Shown in pieces: positions 1 to 9,612 of a DNA stretch of 64,000 nucleotides (its first letter is position 1; each line of letters opens with the position of its first letter). Made by a program: the position numbers and the translations under genes. Origin of the DNA: Bdellovibrionales bacterium (lineage in GTDB: Bacteria; Bdellovibrionota; Bdellovibrionia; Bdellovibrionales; UBA1609). The notes below the pieces were generated by a model, which saw only the letters and a list, made by a program, of their open reading frames with translations, was not told the DNA's origin and searched no databases. The stretch covers positions 576,001 to 640,000 of the forward strand of contig OZ241877.1 of NCBI GenBank assembly GCA_965203095.1, written 5' to 3'.

Positions 1-1
1 A

Positions 2-793
2 AAAGAAAAGCTATTGAGCCAGGCCACAGTCATTCAAAAAGCCAAGTTAGCTAAAAAACAAGGGGCCAGCCGTTTTTGCATGGGGGCCGCATGGAGAGAG
101 GTAAGGGAAGGCACTGCTTTTGATCAGGTTTTAGAAATGGTAAAGGCTATAAGCCAAATGGATATGGAGGTTTGTTGCTCTTTAGGAATGTTGAGTTTAG
201 AGCAGGCCAAAAAGTTAAAACAGGCTGGACTTTACGCCTACAACCACAACATTGACACTTCTCCTGAGTTTTACCCTCAAATCATCACTACTCGAAAATA
301 CGAAGATCGTTTAAAAACTTTGGACAATGTAAGGCAAGCGGGTATCACTGTTTGTGTGGGAGGCATTTTAGGGATGGGGGAAAGTGCTGAAGATCGCGTG
401 TCTTTTATCCATCAGTTGAACTGCCTTTCCCCTCCGCCAGAGAGCATTACAATCAATACACTGGTCCCTATAAAAGGCACTCCGCTGGCAAAACAAAAAC
501 CTATTTCTGCTTTGGAAGTGGCTCGTGTAATTGCCATTAGCCGAATCCTTATGCCCAAGTCCTTAATCCGTTTGAGTGCGGGAAGGAAAAACATGACAAC
601 AGCGGAGCAATTTCTTTGTTTTTACTCTGGAGCCAATTCTATTTTTATAGGGAATAAACTTTTAACTGCAAGCAATCCGGAATGGAGTAGTGATCAACAA
701 ATGCTTGAAAACATGGGATTAAAACTGAAAAAATTTTTTGAACCAATGGCTTGGGAGGAAAAGCCTTTACCAGAATCTCCAGACTTATTGTAA
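2..793 (+). CDS. bioB: Biotin synthase (5' end lies outside the window)
   Basis: RFCMGAAWR, YNHNIDTS, CVGGILGMGE, IRLSAGR and GANSIF motifs; the frame is open to the window edge. Confidence 0.95.
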   Translation, partial: KEKLLSQATVIQKAKLAKKQGASRFCMGAAWREVREGTAFDQVLEMVKAISQMDMEVCCSLGMLSLEQAKKLKQAGLYAYNHNIDTSPEFYPQIITTRKYEDRLKTLDNVRQAGITVCVGGILGMGESAEDRVSFIHQLNCLSPPPESITINTLVPIKGTPLAKQKPISALEVARVIAISRILMPKSLIRLSAGRKNMTTAEQFLCFYSGANSIFIGNKLLTASNPEWSSDQQMLENMGLKLKKFFEPMAWEEKPLPESPDLL

Positions 794-796
794 GGA

Positions 797-1099
797 TTAA
801 ATATTATCAGGGAAGATAAAGATCAAATCTCCTTCGCCGGTGTAATCCAGCCTTTGCCGGATCTCTTTTTCTACAAAGTGGGGATCATTTGCTTTTTTGA
901 TTTTGTGCTCAATATTCTGGTTTAATGCCTTTATGTGTTCAATGCGATGCCGTATGATTCTCAAATCCCTACTCAAACCAAAAAGCTGAAACAGAGAACC
1001 ATTCCCAATTAGGTTGAAAAACAAAAATAAAAGGCATAGTAAAAAAACCAGTTTGGGCCTGTATAATATGTTGAGGATAATTTTTTTTGCCTTTTTCAT
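797..1099 (-). CDS. Septum formation initiator, FtsB/DivIC family
   Basis: Single N-terminal TM helix, coiled coil, 'DPHFVEKEIRQRLDYTGEGDLIFIF' C-terminal signature. Confidence 0.75.
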   Translation of the reverse strand: MKKAKKIILNILYRPKLVFLLCLLFLFFNLIGNGSLFQLFGLSRDLRIIRHRIEHIKALNQNIEHKIKKANDPHFVEKEIRQRLDYTGEGDLIFIFPDNI

Positions 1100-1116
1100 A
1101 TTGTTGTCTTGTTTTG

Positions 1117-1172
1117 ATGCCTCAATGCCTCAATGCCTCAATGCCTCAATGCCTCAATGCCTCAATGCCTCA
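1117..1172. repeat. Microsatellite (ATGCCTCA)x7
   Basis: Seven perfect 8-bp units, starting 18 nt upstream of the FtsB-like start codon. Confidence 0.97.
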
Positions 1173-1242
1173 ATTTATTGAGCCTTTTTGTTTTGACTAT
1201 AACACAAATTTTAGGACGGATCAAATCATTCCGGCCTTGACA

Positions 1243-1270
1243 GTCATTCCTGCCTTGAGCGGGAATCCAG
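1243..1270 (+). repeat. REP-like palindrome GTCATTCC...GGAATCCAG
   Basis: GTCATTCCTGCCTTGAGCGGGAATCCAG; a partial copy sits at 1226-1240. Confidence 0.8.
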
Positions 1271-1319
1271 ATACTTTGTTTTAGGGGAAGACCCTCTGTT
1301 TTCATAAAAACTGGCTGTT

Positions 1320-1346
1320 CTGGATTCCCGTTTTCACGGGAATGAC
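1320..1346 (-). repeat. REP-like palindrome (same family)
   Basis: CTGGATTCCCGTTTTCACGGGAATGAC, inverted relative to the 1243 copy. Confidence 0.8.
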
Positions 1347-1395
1347 TTGCTGGCAGGAGAGCTAAAAAGTCCGGGGGGCTTTTTGGCAAGGTTTT

Positions 1396-2865
1396 TCACT
1401 GGCGACTATTTTTTTGCCGATTTGAGGATTTGATAATTCTTTTATAATATTGAAATTTACTGAAATAATATATTTTCATTAAAGAGGATCTCAAAATTAA
1501 AGCATACATTGAGCCTACAGCAAAATAGAGAAATCCAAGCCCTCTCAGCAAAACAGAACCATAGAGCCAACCTATAACAAACCAGAGTATGCCAAGCCCT
1601 CTAAGCAAAATAGAACCATAGAGCCAGCCTATAACAAACCAGAGTAGGCCAAGCCCCCTCAGCAAAACAGAACCATAGAGCCAACCTATAACAAACCAAA
1701 GAAATCCAAACCCCCTCAGCAAAACAGAACCATAGAGCCAGCCTATAACAAACCAAAGAAATCCAAGCCCTCTCAGCAAAACAGAACCATAGAGCCAGCC
1801 TATAACAAACCAAAGAAATCCAAGCCCTCTCAGCAAAACAGAACCATAGAGCCAACCTATAACAAACCAAAGAAGGCCAAGCCCTCTAAGCAAGATAGAG
1901 CCGTATATCCAACCCATGACGAAATAGAGATGGCCAAAAAACCTTTTTTGTTTAAAAAAATAAAAACGACTTTTAAGTAGTAAAAAAACAAACCGAAAAA
2001 ACCGGCCCCCTAAAAACTTCCCGCCGGCCAAGCCATAAAAATAGCCCAACTTAAAAAATAATGAATAAAAATAGAGGAAGAAATCGGTTTCAGAACCTGC
2101 AAAAAAAGCCCATTCTTTTTCAATATTTCTTAAGCTTTTTATAGATTGTTTGGACTGCCGATTTTTAAATAAACCCAAACCCTGTTGAAAGGACTTAGCT
2201 AAAAAGCTAAAAAAACCAAGCTTAATTTTATGAAAAACCCATAATCTTTCAATGTTCAGCAAACTATAGCCCTGCTCGATGAGTGATTGATTAAAGCTTT
2301 CTTCCGCTCCTCCAAAAACAATGGAGGGATTAAAGTTAAAGCCTCGGTCAAAAACTTCTCTTTTATAAGAGGCATTGCCTCCAATAAGTTGTTGGCTTAG
2401 CCCTTCTGATTTGTGTTTTTGGATCCATTCTAAATGTTGAACATGGTAAGTTTTTTTATACTTATTAAGCGGTTCAAGAGTTTTGTATTGGGCCCCAATG
2501 CCCATAGCCAAAGGATGATTTTTATGTTCTTGCACAAGGTTTTTCAGATGCTTTTTATGAGGCAAAAGGCAATCGTCATCTAAAAAGTATAAAATATCTC
2601 CACCGGCAAAACGAATGCCTAAGTTTCTGGCTTTATTGACCCCTTTAGAGCCTACTTCTTTATATTTGAAATCAAAAAACAAAGACTCAAAATGAGAGGC
2701 TCGCTCTCTTAATTTTTTATCTTTTAAATTAGAAATAAGTAAAATTTGTAAATTTTGATATGGGAAATCCTGCCCCGCTATAGACTCCACAAGTGCTATG
2801 GCCGATAAAGCCCTTTTATGTGTGGGAATAATTATGGAAACTGTCTCTAACATTTTCCTTTTCAT
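1396..2865 (-). CDS. Family 2 glycosyltransferase with a C-terminal hydrophobic 19-aa tandem repeat
   Basis: SIIIPT, ARNLG, FLDDD (DxD) and GGNASY motifs; 7+ copies of xLWFVIGWLYGSVLLRGLG. Confidence 0.85.
   Translation of the reverse strand: MKRKMLETVSIIIPTHKRALSAIALVESIAGQDFPYQNLQILLISNLKDKKLRERASHFESLFFDFKYKEVGSKGVNKARNLGIRFAGGDILYFLDDDCLLPHKKHLKNLVQEHKNHPLAMGIGAQYKTLEPLNKYKKTYHVQHLEWIQKHKSEGLSQQLIGGNASYKREVFDRGFNFNPSIVFGGAEESFNQSLIEQGYSLLNIERLWVFHKIKLGFFSFLAKSFQQGLGLFKNRQSKQSIKSLRNIEKEWAFFAGSETDFFLYFYSLFFKLGYFYGLAGGKFLGGRFFRFVFLLLKSRFYFFKQKRFFGHLYFVMGWIYGSILLRGLGLLWFVIGWLYGSVLLRGLGFLWFVIGWLYGSVLLRGLGFLWFVIGWLYGSVLLRGFGFLWFVIGWLYGSVLLRGLGLLWFVIGWLYGSILLRGLGILWFVIGWLYGSVLLRGLGFLYFAVGSMYALILRSSLMKIYYFSKFQYYKRIIKSSNRQKNSRQ
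1504..1932 (-). repeat. 57-bp in-frame tandem repeat (7 full units plus a partial)
   Basis: Repeated CCATAGAGCCA(A/G)CCTATAACAAACCA with 57-bp period. Confidence 0.95.
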
Positions 2866-2874
2866 AAAAAAGAA

Positions 2875-5800
2875 TCAAAGCTCTCTTTTAAAAAATGCAG
2901 GCTTTATCCATTTCCTTGTTTTACTAACCCATTCTTCTGAAAGCAAAATAGCACAAGGGATCCAAATCAAAGTTAAAAAAGTGGCTGTAAAAAGACCCCA
3001 AAAAAGAGCCAATGTCATAGGTTGAAGCAAAGGCTCAAAACCGGCCAAACCATAAGCTGTGGGAAAAAAGCCTCCCAAAGTTGTAAGATTAGTGATCATT
3101 ATAGGGCGAAAACGCATTGTTGAAGCCTTAATCACAACAGCAGAAAGCGGAAGTTCTGGGTTCTCTTTTTTTAAATTCAAAATAAAACTGACCAATATAA
3201 TAGCGGAATTAACTACAACACCAGCCAAACCCACAACACCAATCATGGCAAAAAAACTTAAAGCCTCCCCATGCAAAAGGAAGGCCCAAACCACACCTAT
3301 CAAACCCAAAGGTATGCAAGTTAAAATTAACAGAGAGAGGAAGAAACTTTTAAACAAAGCCACCAAAATAATAAAAATAGCAAAAACTGCTAAAACAGCG
3401 GCTTTAAAAAGTGATTTTAAAGACTCATCTGTAATCTCTTGCTCGCCCACTAATTTAAAAGACAAAGCAGGATAGTTTTTAATTTCCCTCTCAATAATTT
3501 TTTGAGCTTGTGCGTTCACTTTTATACTGGTTGTTTTTTTTGGATTAATGTCAGCCTGTAAAAAAATAACTGGTGAGAAGTTATAACTCATCCGGTAAGG
3601 TTCTGAAAGGACCTCTTGAATATCGGCCACCTCATCCAGAGCAATTAGCCTCCCCATTCTCTCCCGGATTTTAATGCCTTTTAAATCCTTTAAAGAGGAT
3701 ATCTTGGCCTCATCATGTTTGACACGAATATAAAAAGACTCATTATTTTCTGTAAGCTCTGTAATCAAATACCCCTCAAGGGCTGTTCTTAAGGCTAAAC
3801 CCACAGCTTGAAAACTTAAACCTAAACGGGCTAAAGTTTCTGGTTGAATTTGAATCCTATACTCTAAACCTCGATCTTTATCCGGATGGCTTTTTATGTT
3901 AATCAGTCCGGGGATCTTTTTTATTTCCGGCAAAATGTCCTCAATAAACTGCCGTCCCTCTTTCCGGCTGTTTGATTGAATGGCTATATTTAAAGGTTTT
4001 CCTACTGGAGGCCCCACCTTCATTGCAGAAAATCTCAGGTTTTTAAGATCGCCTTTGTCTATCGCCCTTAACTGGTTGAGAATATCCTTATGTTTGAGCT
4101 TTCTTAAAACAGAAGGTTTGAGTTTGAGCAAAATGTCTCCCGATTCTGTCCCCCACCGGACAGACATCCACTGAATATTTTGATCCCCCTTAAAAACATT
4201 TTGCATTTGATAAGCTATTTGTTTTGTTTTTTTATCAATAAGAGGGAGTGAGGCATTGGCCTGAGGCTCTAATCTGGCTGTCCAAAATTCCGGACTTCGT
4301 GAAGGGAAAAGATCCACCTGACTCGCCCACTTAAAAACCAAAATGGTTATAAAAAGCAATAAGACAATACTACCTAAACTGATATGTTTTATAGATACGA
4401 TTTTTGTCATGGATTTTTCAAAACGATTTTCTAACCAATAAATAAATCGTTTTAACAAAGCCTCCTTTTGCCCACCGGATTTTTTTTGAGAAAACCACAG
4501 CAAGCGATTGGGTAAAAGGCAAAAAGATTCAAACAGACTCATCAAAAGGGCTAAAGTCACTACAATAGGTATCCATTTGATAAATTGGCCCATAACCCCT
4601 GTAGTCACCAACATAGGTAAAAAAGCCACTATAGTTGTAAGAACTGTGGCTGTAATGGGTTTCCGGAACTGGCGGACCGATTGAACAGCAGAGCTTTTAG
4701 GAGAGCGATTTTCATCCACAACCAAGCGAGAGTAATATTCTGCAATCACAACAGAATTGTCGACCAACATTCCAATACAAATTACAAAAGCCAACATAGT
4801 GATCACATTAAAACTAACCCCCATAAAAGGGAAGAATGAAAAAGTCCCTAAAACAGAAAGAGGTAAACTAAAACTCACTAATAAGCCCATTCTTGAGGGA
4901 AGGAAGAGAAAAAACACAATAAAAATAAGAGCTAAACCTGTTAAAGCATTATTGATGACACTTTTTAGCCTTCTCTTTATGTTTTCCTCATCATTAAAGC
5001 CGATTAAAATTTTATATTCTTCATCCAGTTGGTTTTTAAAAACCTTAAGGCTTTTTTGAATATCTGATATGAGTTTTAAAGTGTCTACCCCTTCAGCCCT
5101 ACTGATAGAAAGAGAGGTGACAGGGTTTAAATGATAGCCTGTCTTTTTTTTAGATTGATAAAAGTATTCTTTTTGAATTTCTTTTTCTGACCCATCTTTA
5201 ATTGTAGCTACATCTTTAATAAAAATTTTTTTTCCGGAAAAATTGGATCTAATAATAGTGTTTCCTAAATCCTTTAAAGAGCGAGCTTTGCCTAAAAAAC
5301 GAACCAATTTTCTCTCTTTATCCGATTCCAAATAGCCAGCAGGAACATCTGTTTTTTTTTGCTCCAAAGCCGAAATCACATCAGCAGAGGAAACATACAA
5401 GCGATCCATCTTTTCTTGAGAGAGGAGAACTAAAAACTCTCTTTTTTTATAACTGCCCAAGCGGATTTCTGAAATGCCATTGATCCTCTCTAAACGGCTT
5501 TTTAAATCCCAGCTGATCTTGTCCCTCAACCGGCCCTTATCTGGCCCGGAAACATAGATCCAAAGAATAGGATTATCCTTATTGGCGTCAATATGATTGA
5601 GCTTAGGGGGATCTAACACTTCCAAGGGCAAGCCTCGTGCGTTTTGTAAATTTTTTTGCAGTTCGTGTATTACTTCTTGAGTGTTGGCATTGTCTAAATC
5701 AATACGAATAGTGATTTGGCTTAAGCCCGGCCTGGAGACAGACTGCGAATCTTTTAAATGATCCACAGATCGAAATTCGTCTTCAATTTTTTTTGTGATC

Positions 5801-5976
5801 AGCTCCTCCACCTCTGCTGAAGAAGAGCCAGGGTAGACAGTAGTAATAACAGCAGTGGCAAAGTCCACATTAGGATAGCTCTCCCTTTGAAGGCTCAAAA
5901 GCCCCCGCACCCCCATAAAAATAAACATCAAACTGATTAATATTACTAAGTGAGAATTGTGAATAAAAAATTTCAT
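2875..5976 (-). CDS. RND efflux permease (AcrB/AcrD/AcrF family)
   Basis: 1033 aa; GMLVDNSVV, GVVVNSAII and RFRPIMIT motifs; two TM bundles. Confidence 0.92.
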   Translation of the reverse strand: MKFFIHNSHLVILISLMFIFMGVRGLLSLQRESYPNVDFATAVITTVYPGSSSAEVEELITKKIEDEFRSVDHLKDSQSVSRPGLSQITIRIDLDNANTQEVIHELQKNLQNARGLPLEVLDPPKLNHIDANKDNPILWIYVSGPDKGRLRDKISWDLKSRLERINGISEIRLGSYKKREFLVLLSQEKMDRLYVSSADVISALEQKKTDVPAGYLESDKERKLVRFLGKARSLKDLGNTIIRSNFSGKKIFIKDVATIKDGSEKEIQKEYFYQSKKKTGYHLNPVTSLSISRAEGVDTLKLISDIQKSLKVFKNQLDEEYKILIGFNDEENIKRRLKSVINNALTGLALIFIVFFLFLPSRMGLLVSFSLPLSVLGTFSFFPFMGVSFNVITMLAFVICIGMLVDNSVVIAEYYSRLVVDENRSPKSSAVQSVRQFRKPITATVLTTIVAFLPMLVTTGVMGQFIKWIPIVVTLALLMSLFESFCLLPNRLLWFSQKKSGGQKEALLKRFIYWLENRFEKSMTKIVSIKHISLGSIVLLLFITILVFKWASQVDLFPSRSPEFWTARLEPQANASLPLIDKKTKQIAYQMQNVFKGDQNIQWMSVRWGTESGDILLKLKPSVLRKLKHKDILNQLRAIDKGDLKNLRFSAMKVGPPVGKPLNIAIQSNSRKEGRQFIEDILPEIKKIPGLINIKSHPDKDRGLEYRIQIQPETLARLGLSFQAVGLALRTALEGYLITELTENNESFYIRVKHDEAKISSLKDLKGIKIRERMGRLIALDEVADIQEVLSEPYRMSYNFSPVIFLQADINPKKTTSIKVNAQAQKIIEREIKNYPALSFKLVGEQEITDESLKSLFKAAVLAVFAIFIILVALFKSFFLSLLILTCIPLGLIGVVWAFLLHGEALSFFAMIGVVGLAGVVVNSAIILVSFILNLKKENPELPLSAVVIKASTMRFRPIMITNLTTLGGFFPTAYGLAGFEPLLQPMTLALFWGLFTATFLTLIWIPCAILLSEEWVSKTRKWIKPAFFKREL

Positions 5977-5978
5977 GA

Positions 5979-7478
5979 TTAAAGATAAGCCTCCACTAAT
6001 TGATCTTTCAAAGCTAAAAATTGTAGGTTGAGAAGGGAATACTCACTTAAGGCAGAGGCTTTTCTGAGTTCGGATTCTCTTAGTTTGTTTTCCGCACGGA
6101 TAAGTTCAAAAATATCTACTCGCCCTTGGTCAAAAGATCTTTTTAGCTCTTTAAAAGCTTTTTTTTGATAACTGTTGGCCCGCTCGGCCCGATAAATATT
6201 TTTATAGCTGACAGAAATTTCCTCTTTTAATGAGTCCATCTGATTTTCTATTTCTTTTTTAAATATTTCCATATCAATTTTGTCTTCTTCTAACTGGTAT
6301 CTCTCTTGATGGGCTTTTTCATAAAAAGATTTTGAAAACAAATTCCAATTCAAACTCACCCCTAACTCATAAAAAGAGTTTTTTCGGGAAAAAGAGAGAT
6401 CTTTTCTGGATCCCGCACTGGCAGGAATCAGACCCCCTTGGCTAATAAAACGAATATCGGGGAATAGCTGAACCCGATGACTTCGCCACTTTAACTCTCT
6501 CTCGGTTATTTGTTGTGCTCTCATTTGAACCCCTCGCACAGAATCTATTTTTATTTTTGAAAAAGTAGGAGGAGGGGAAGGGAGAGTTTTAAACTTTAAA
6601 TCATAATCTTCCGCTGGTTTTTGTAAGAAAAGGAACAGAGCCTTTTTCTCCCTCTCATAATTTTGCTTTTGGCTATCTGCTTTTTGTTGCAAGTTTTCAT
6701 ACTCGGCTAAAACTTGAGGCCCTTCCCCTGGATTTAAAAAATTATACTTTTGCTTATTGGCAATTTGCCGGACCAACTGCTGGTAAGTTTTTAAACCTTC
6801 TTGGCTTTTTAGCCAACTCACTTGTGCCAAATAGGTTTTCCAATATTGTCTGACTGAGCGAAGGGCCAACTCTTCTGCTTTTTCATAGTAAAGCCATTGG
6901 ACAGCCTCTTCCCCCGATTGAATGGCCTTTAAAGCCCAGTTTTGAGTTAAAGCCTCTTTTAAGCTGGCATTGAGTTCTAAACTGAGGCTTTTCCGGTAAA
7001 TTTGTGATGGAGATTGAGCTGTGTTTAAAAAATCAGAGTTTAATCTCAATTCGCTCAAATCAGAGTAAGAGGATTTTAAACTCAAGCCATAAGGAATGTT
7101 TTTTTTTAAACTGAGATTCCAGCTATTGGTTTTATCTCTCCGGGCCTCAAAAACAGACACTTGAGGGTTATTTTTTTGGGAACCTGTCCAAGAGGATAAA
7201 AAATTCCAGGTTGAAAAAGAATGCTTTTTCTCTTTTAAATGGGAGAGGTTTTTTTGTTTTTCAAATTGAATTTTTTTGACAAATAAGCTGTTGGATAAAG
7301 TGGCTTTTAAAACATCTTGTTCTGTCAAAATCAGGAGTTTTTTCCCAAAGGAGGAAAAGCTAAATACAGCCACTGCAAAGGCAAAACAAATAAAAAATCT
7401 TTTTTGTCCCATAAATGAAGAACCTATCTTACAAAATAAAACCTTCCTGGCGAACCAAAAATAACAAGCTTTTTTCAA
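5979..7478 (-). CDS. TolC-family outer membrane efflux protein (start uncertain)
   Basis: Signal peptide, OEP-type helical repeats, 'FDQGRVDIFELIRAE'; directly upstream of the RND gene. Confidence 0.8.
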   Translation of the reverse strand: MKKACYFWFARKVLFCKIGSSFMGQKRFFICFAFAVAVFSFSSFGKKLLILTEQDVLKATLSNSLFVKKIQFEKQKNLSHLKEKKHSFSTWNFLSSWTGSQKNNPQVSVFEARRDKTNSWNLSLKKNIPYGLSLKSSYSDLSELRLNSDFLNTAQSPSQIYRKSLSLELNASLKEALTQNWALKAIQSGEEAVQWLYYEKAEELALRSVRQYWKTYLAQVSWLKSQEGLKTYQQLVRQIANKQKYNFLNPGEGPQVLAEYENLQQKADSQKQNYEREKKALFLFLQKPAEDYDLKFKTLPSPPPTFSKIKIDSVRGVQMRAQQITERELKWRSHRVQLFPDIRFISQGGLIPASAGSRKDLSFSRKNSFYELGVSLNWNLFSKSFYEKAHQERYQLEEDKIDMEIFKKEIENQMDSLKEEISVSYKNIYRAERANSYQKKAFKELKRSFDQGRVDIFELIRAENKLRESELRKASALSEYSLLNLQFLALKDQLVEAYL

Positions 7479-7508
7479 AAATACAAGAGTAAGAACTTTA
7501 ATAAAAAA

Positions 7509-8216
7509 TCAAATAGAGTTTTTTTTAAAAAATAAATAATAAACAAGGGTTTTTAAAAAAACAAATCCGTCTTTAAAAAACTGGAGTTTAGACTCCCCTA
7601 TCCTCTTCTTGTAAGATATATTTACTAAGGAAAAAACTTTGCGATAACGAATCACATGGGCTGTAAAAGCTATGGAAAAACTCAAATCATCTGGAAATTC
7701 TTGAATTTGAGTTAATGCCGATCGTTTAAAGAGGCGAAAGCCACTGCAAGTGTCAGCCACAAAATGAAAAGATAGGCACAACAGCAAAAGGGAGTAAAAG
7801 TAGTTGCCCACTTTTCGGGTTAAGGGCATTTCACTTAAGCGATTTATGCGATTCCCCCACACTATGGGAATACCGGATTTTTTGGCTTTTTTAATAAAAT
7901 ATTTTAACTCTGAGATCTGGCATGTGCCGTCCAAATCTAAAAAAGCTATCCAATCCCCCTTAGCCAGCTCTATTCCTTTTTTGATAGCTTGACCATAGCC
8001 TTTTTGCTTTTTTAAAGAAATAATTTGTATCTCTTTTTGAAACTCTTTTAATTTTTTAAGAGAATCATCTTGGGAGCCATCATCCACCACAATAATTTCA
8101 AAACCTTTGACTTCACTTGTTTTTAGCAATTCCCTTTGGATCCCAAGGGCTTGAGGCAAAACATGAGGGATAGCCTGCTCTTCATTGTGACAGGGAAAGA
8201 TAAGACTTACAAACAT
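7509..8216 (-). CDS. Family 2 glycosyltransferase (DPM1/GtrB-like)
   Basis: PCHNEE, VDDGSQD, GYGQA, LDLDG and DTCSGFRLF motifs. Confidence 0.9.
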   Translation of the reverse strand: MFVSLIFPCHNEEQAIPHVLPQALGIQRELLKTSEVKGFEIIVVDDGSQDDSLKKLKEFQKEIQIISLKKQKGYGQAIKKGIELAKGDWIAFLDLDGTCQISELKYFIKKAKKSGIPIVWGNRINRLSEMPLTRKVGNYFYSLLLLCLSFHFVADTCSGFRLFKRSALTQIQEFPDDLSFSIAFTAHVIRYRKVFSLVNISYKKRIGESKLQFFKDGFVFLKTLVYYLFFKKNSI

Positions 8217-8277
8217 TATCCTGTTATGTTAGAATTTACATTGATTTTGTCAATCAAATTTTTTTGCTGAGAGCTGA

Positions 8278-9444
8278 TTAAAGAAGAAGAGGGTTTGTAA
8301 GGGCACAGTGGGACCTTGTTTTTATAAGTCTCTCAGAGTTTGTAATAATTTTTGATATTTTTATATTTTTTCCCCCTATAATGGATTGCATTTTAAGAAT
8401 GTTTTTTGGTATTCCCCCTTTTTGAAAACTCCATTTGCACTCATAAAGGCTCAAACGATTCCCTTCAGGAATAATAAAATCCACTTCATGACCATAGTTG
8501 TCCCTAAAATAATAGATAGAGGTTGGGAGCCCCTTATTATGAAAATTCTTAATAAATTGCCCGCAACAAAAAGTTTCAAAAAAAGCTCCTAATAAAGGGC
8601 TATTTTCTAAAACTGTCTTTTTATGAATGCCGGAAAGAAAACAAAGTAAACCTGTATCTAAAAAATAAATTTTAGGTGATTTTATCAACCTTTTTCCGTA
8701 ATTGTTATAGAAAGGCTTTAGTAGATAAATAATATTGTTGGCTTCAAGAACAGATATCCAACTTTTTACTGTGTGCAAACTAACACTTAAAGCATTGGAA
8801 AGTGAGTTCATTGATAAAACCTGACCAGAACGCAAAGCCAACAAACTTAAAAATTTACCAAATATAGAAAGATTTTTCACATTGAGAAACTGCCGGACAT
8901 CCCTTTCTAAATAAGTAGCTAAGTAATCCGCATAAAATCTCTCCGGTGGGAGGAGCTGTGCTTGAACTTCAGGATAGCCTCCTTGTAGAATAATTTTTAA
9001 AATATTTTTGTGAGATACTTTCTCCCCACTGTGTTTAAAAATCTCTTTTGCAGATAGTGAATATAGCTCTAAAATAGAAATTCTGCCGGAAAGGCTTTCG
9101 CTCACCCCTTTCATTAAAGAAAATTTTTGTGATCCGGTGAGGATATACTGGCCAAAACGGTTTCTGTTTTTATCTATGGCAATTTTAAGATAGCGAAAAA
9201 GCTCCGGTGCATACTGTATCTCATCAATTATGAGAGGGGCCGGGTGTTTTTCTAAAAAATAAGCTCCAGCCTCTTTAGCTTCCATAGCTTTATGGGGCCA
9301 ATCCAAACTCACATAATTATAATGAGGGAAAAGCTTTTCCAGTAAAGAGGACTTTCCTGTTTGCCGAGCACCGGTAAGAAGAATAGCTGGACGATGGCGA
9401 GCAGTTTTTTTAAGAATTGAGCTGATTTCCCTTTGAATCCACAT
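8278..9444 (-). CDS. AAA+ ATPase, AAA_14 plus DUF4143 family
   Basis: Walker A GARQTGKS, Walker B IIDEIQ, LTGS, GGYPE, KSPKIYFLDTG, EVDF...ECK; start moved to MWIQRE. Confidence 0.88.
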   Translation of the reverse strand: MWIQREISSILKKTARHRPAILLTGARQTGKSSLLEKLFPHYNYVSLDWPHKAMEAKEAGAYFLEKHPAPLIIDEIQYAPELFRYLKIAIDKNRNRFGQYILTGSQKFSLMKGVSESLSGRISILELYSLSAKEIFKHSGEKVSHKNILKIILQGGYPEVQAQLLPPERFYADYLATYLERDVRQFLNVKNLSIFGKFLSLLALRSGQVLSMNSLSNALSVSLHTVKSWISVLEANNIIYLLKPFYNNYGKRLIKSPKIYFLDTGLLCFLSGIHKKTVLENSPLLGAFFETFCCGQFIKNFHNKGLPTSIYYFRDNYGHEVDFIIPEGNRLSLYECKWSFQKGGIPKNILKMQSIIGGKNIKISKIITNSERLIKTRSHCALTNPLLL

Positions 9445-9480
9445 TACGACAATTATGAAGTTAAACTTCATAATTGTCAA
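9445..9480 (-). promoter_or_regulatory. Sigma70 promoter with overlapping operator palindrome; likely leaderless transcript
   Basis: TTGACA(9480-9475)-N17-CATAAT(9457-9452)-N7-ATG; inverted repeat GACAATTATGAAGT-TAA-ACTTCATAATTGTC at 9448-9478. Confidence 0.7.
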
Positions 9481-9539
9481 GGTTTTATTTTGTGAAATTA
9501 TGGCATAAGCAAAAGTCCTGCGGTGAGAAACAGACTTTT

Positions 9540-9596
9540 CTGGATTCCCGTTGGCACGGGAATGACTATCTTTAGCACGGGAATGACTATCTTTAG
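9540..9596 (-). repeat. REP-like palindrome plus 21-bp tandem duplication
   Basis: CTGGATTCCCGTTGGCACGGGAATGAC, with GCACGGGAATGACTATCTTTA repeated twice. Confidence 0.8.
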
Positions 9597-9612
9597 AAAG
9601 GGCAAGATGAGT

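Noticed and set aside
1087..1389. Short ORFs 1087-1284 and 1162-1389
   Set aside because: They are translations of the microsatellite and the REP palindromes
1504..1932. Regular repeats as a possible CRISPR array (also 11350-11790, 39.6-41.4 kb and 48-51.6 kb)
   Set aside because: The units are contiguous, in frame and lack unique spacers; no cas genes are present
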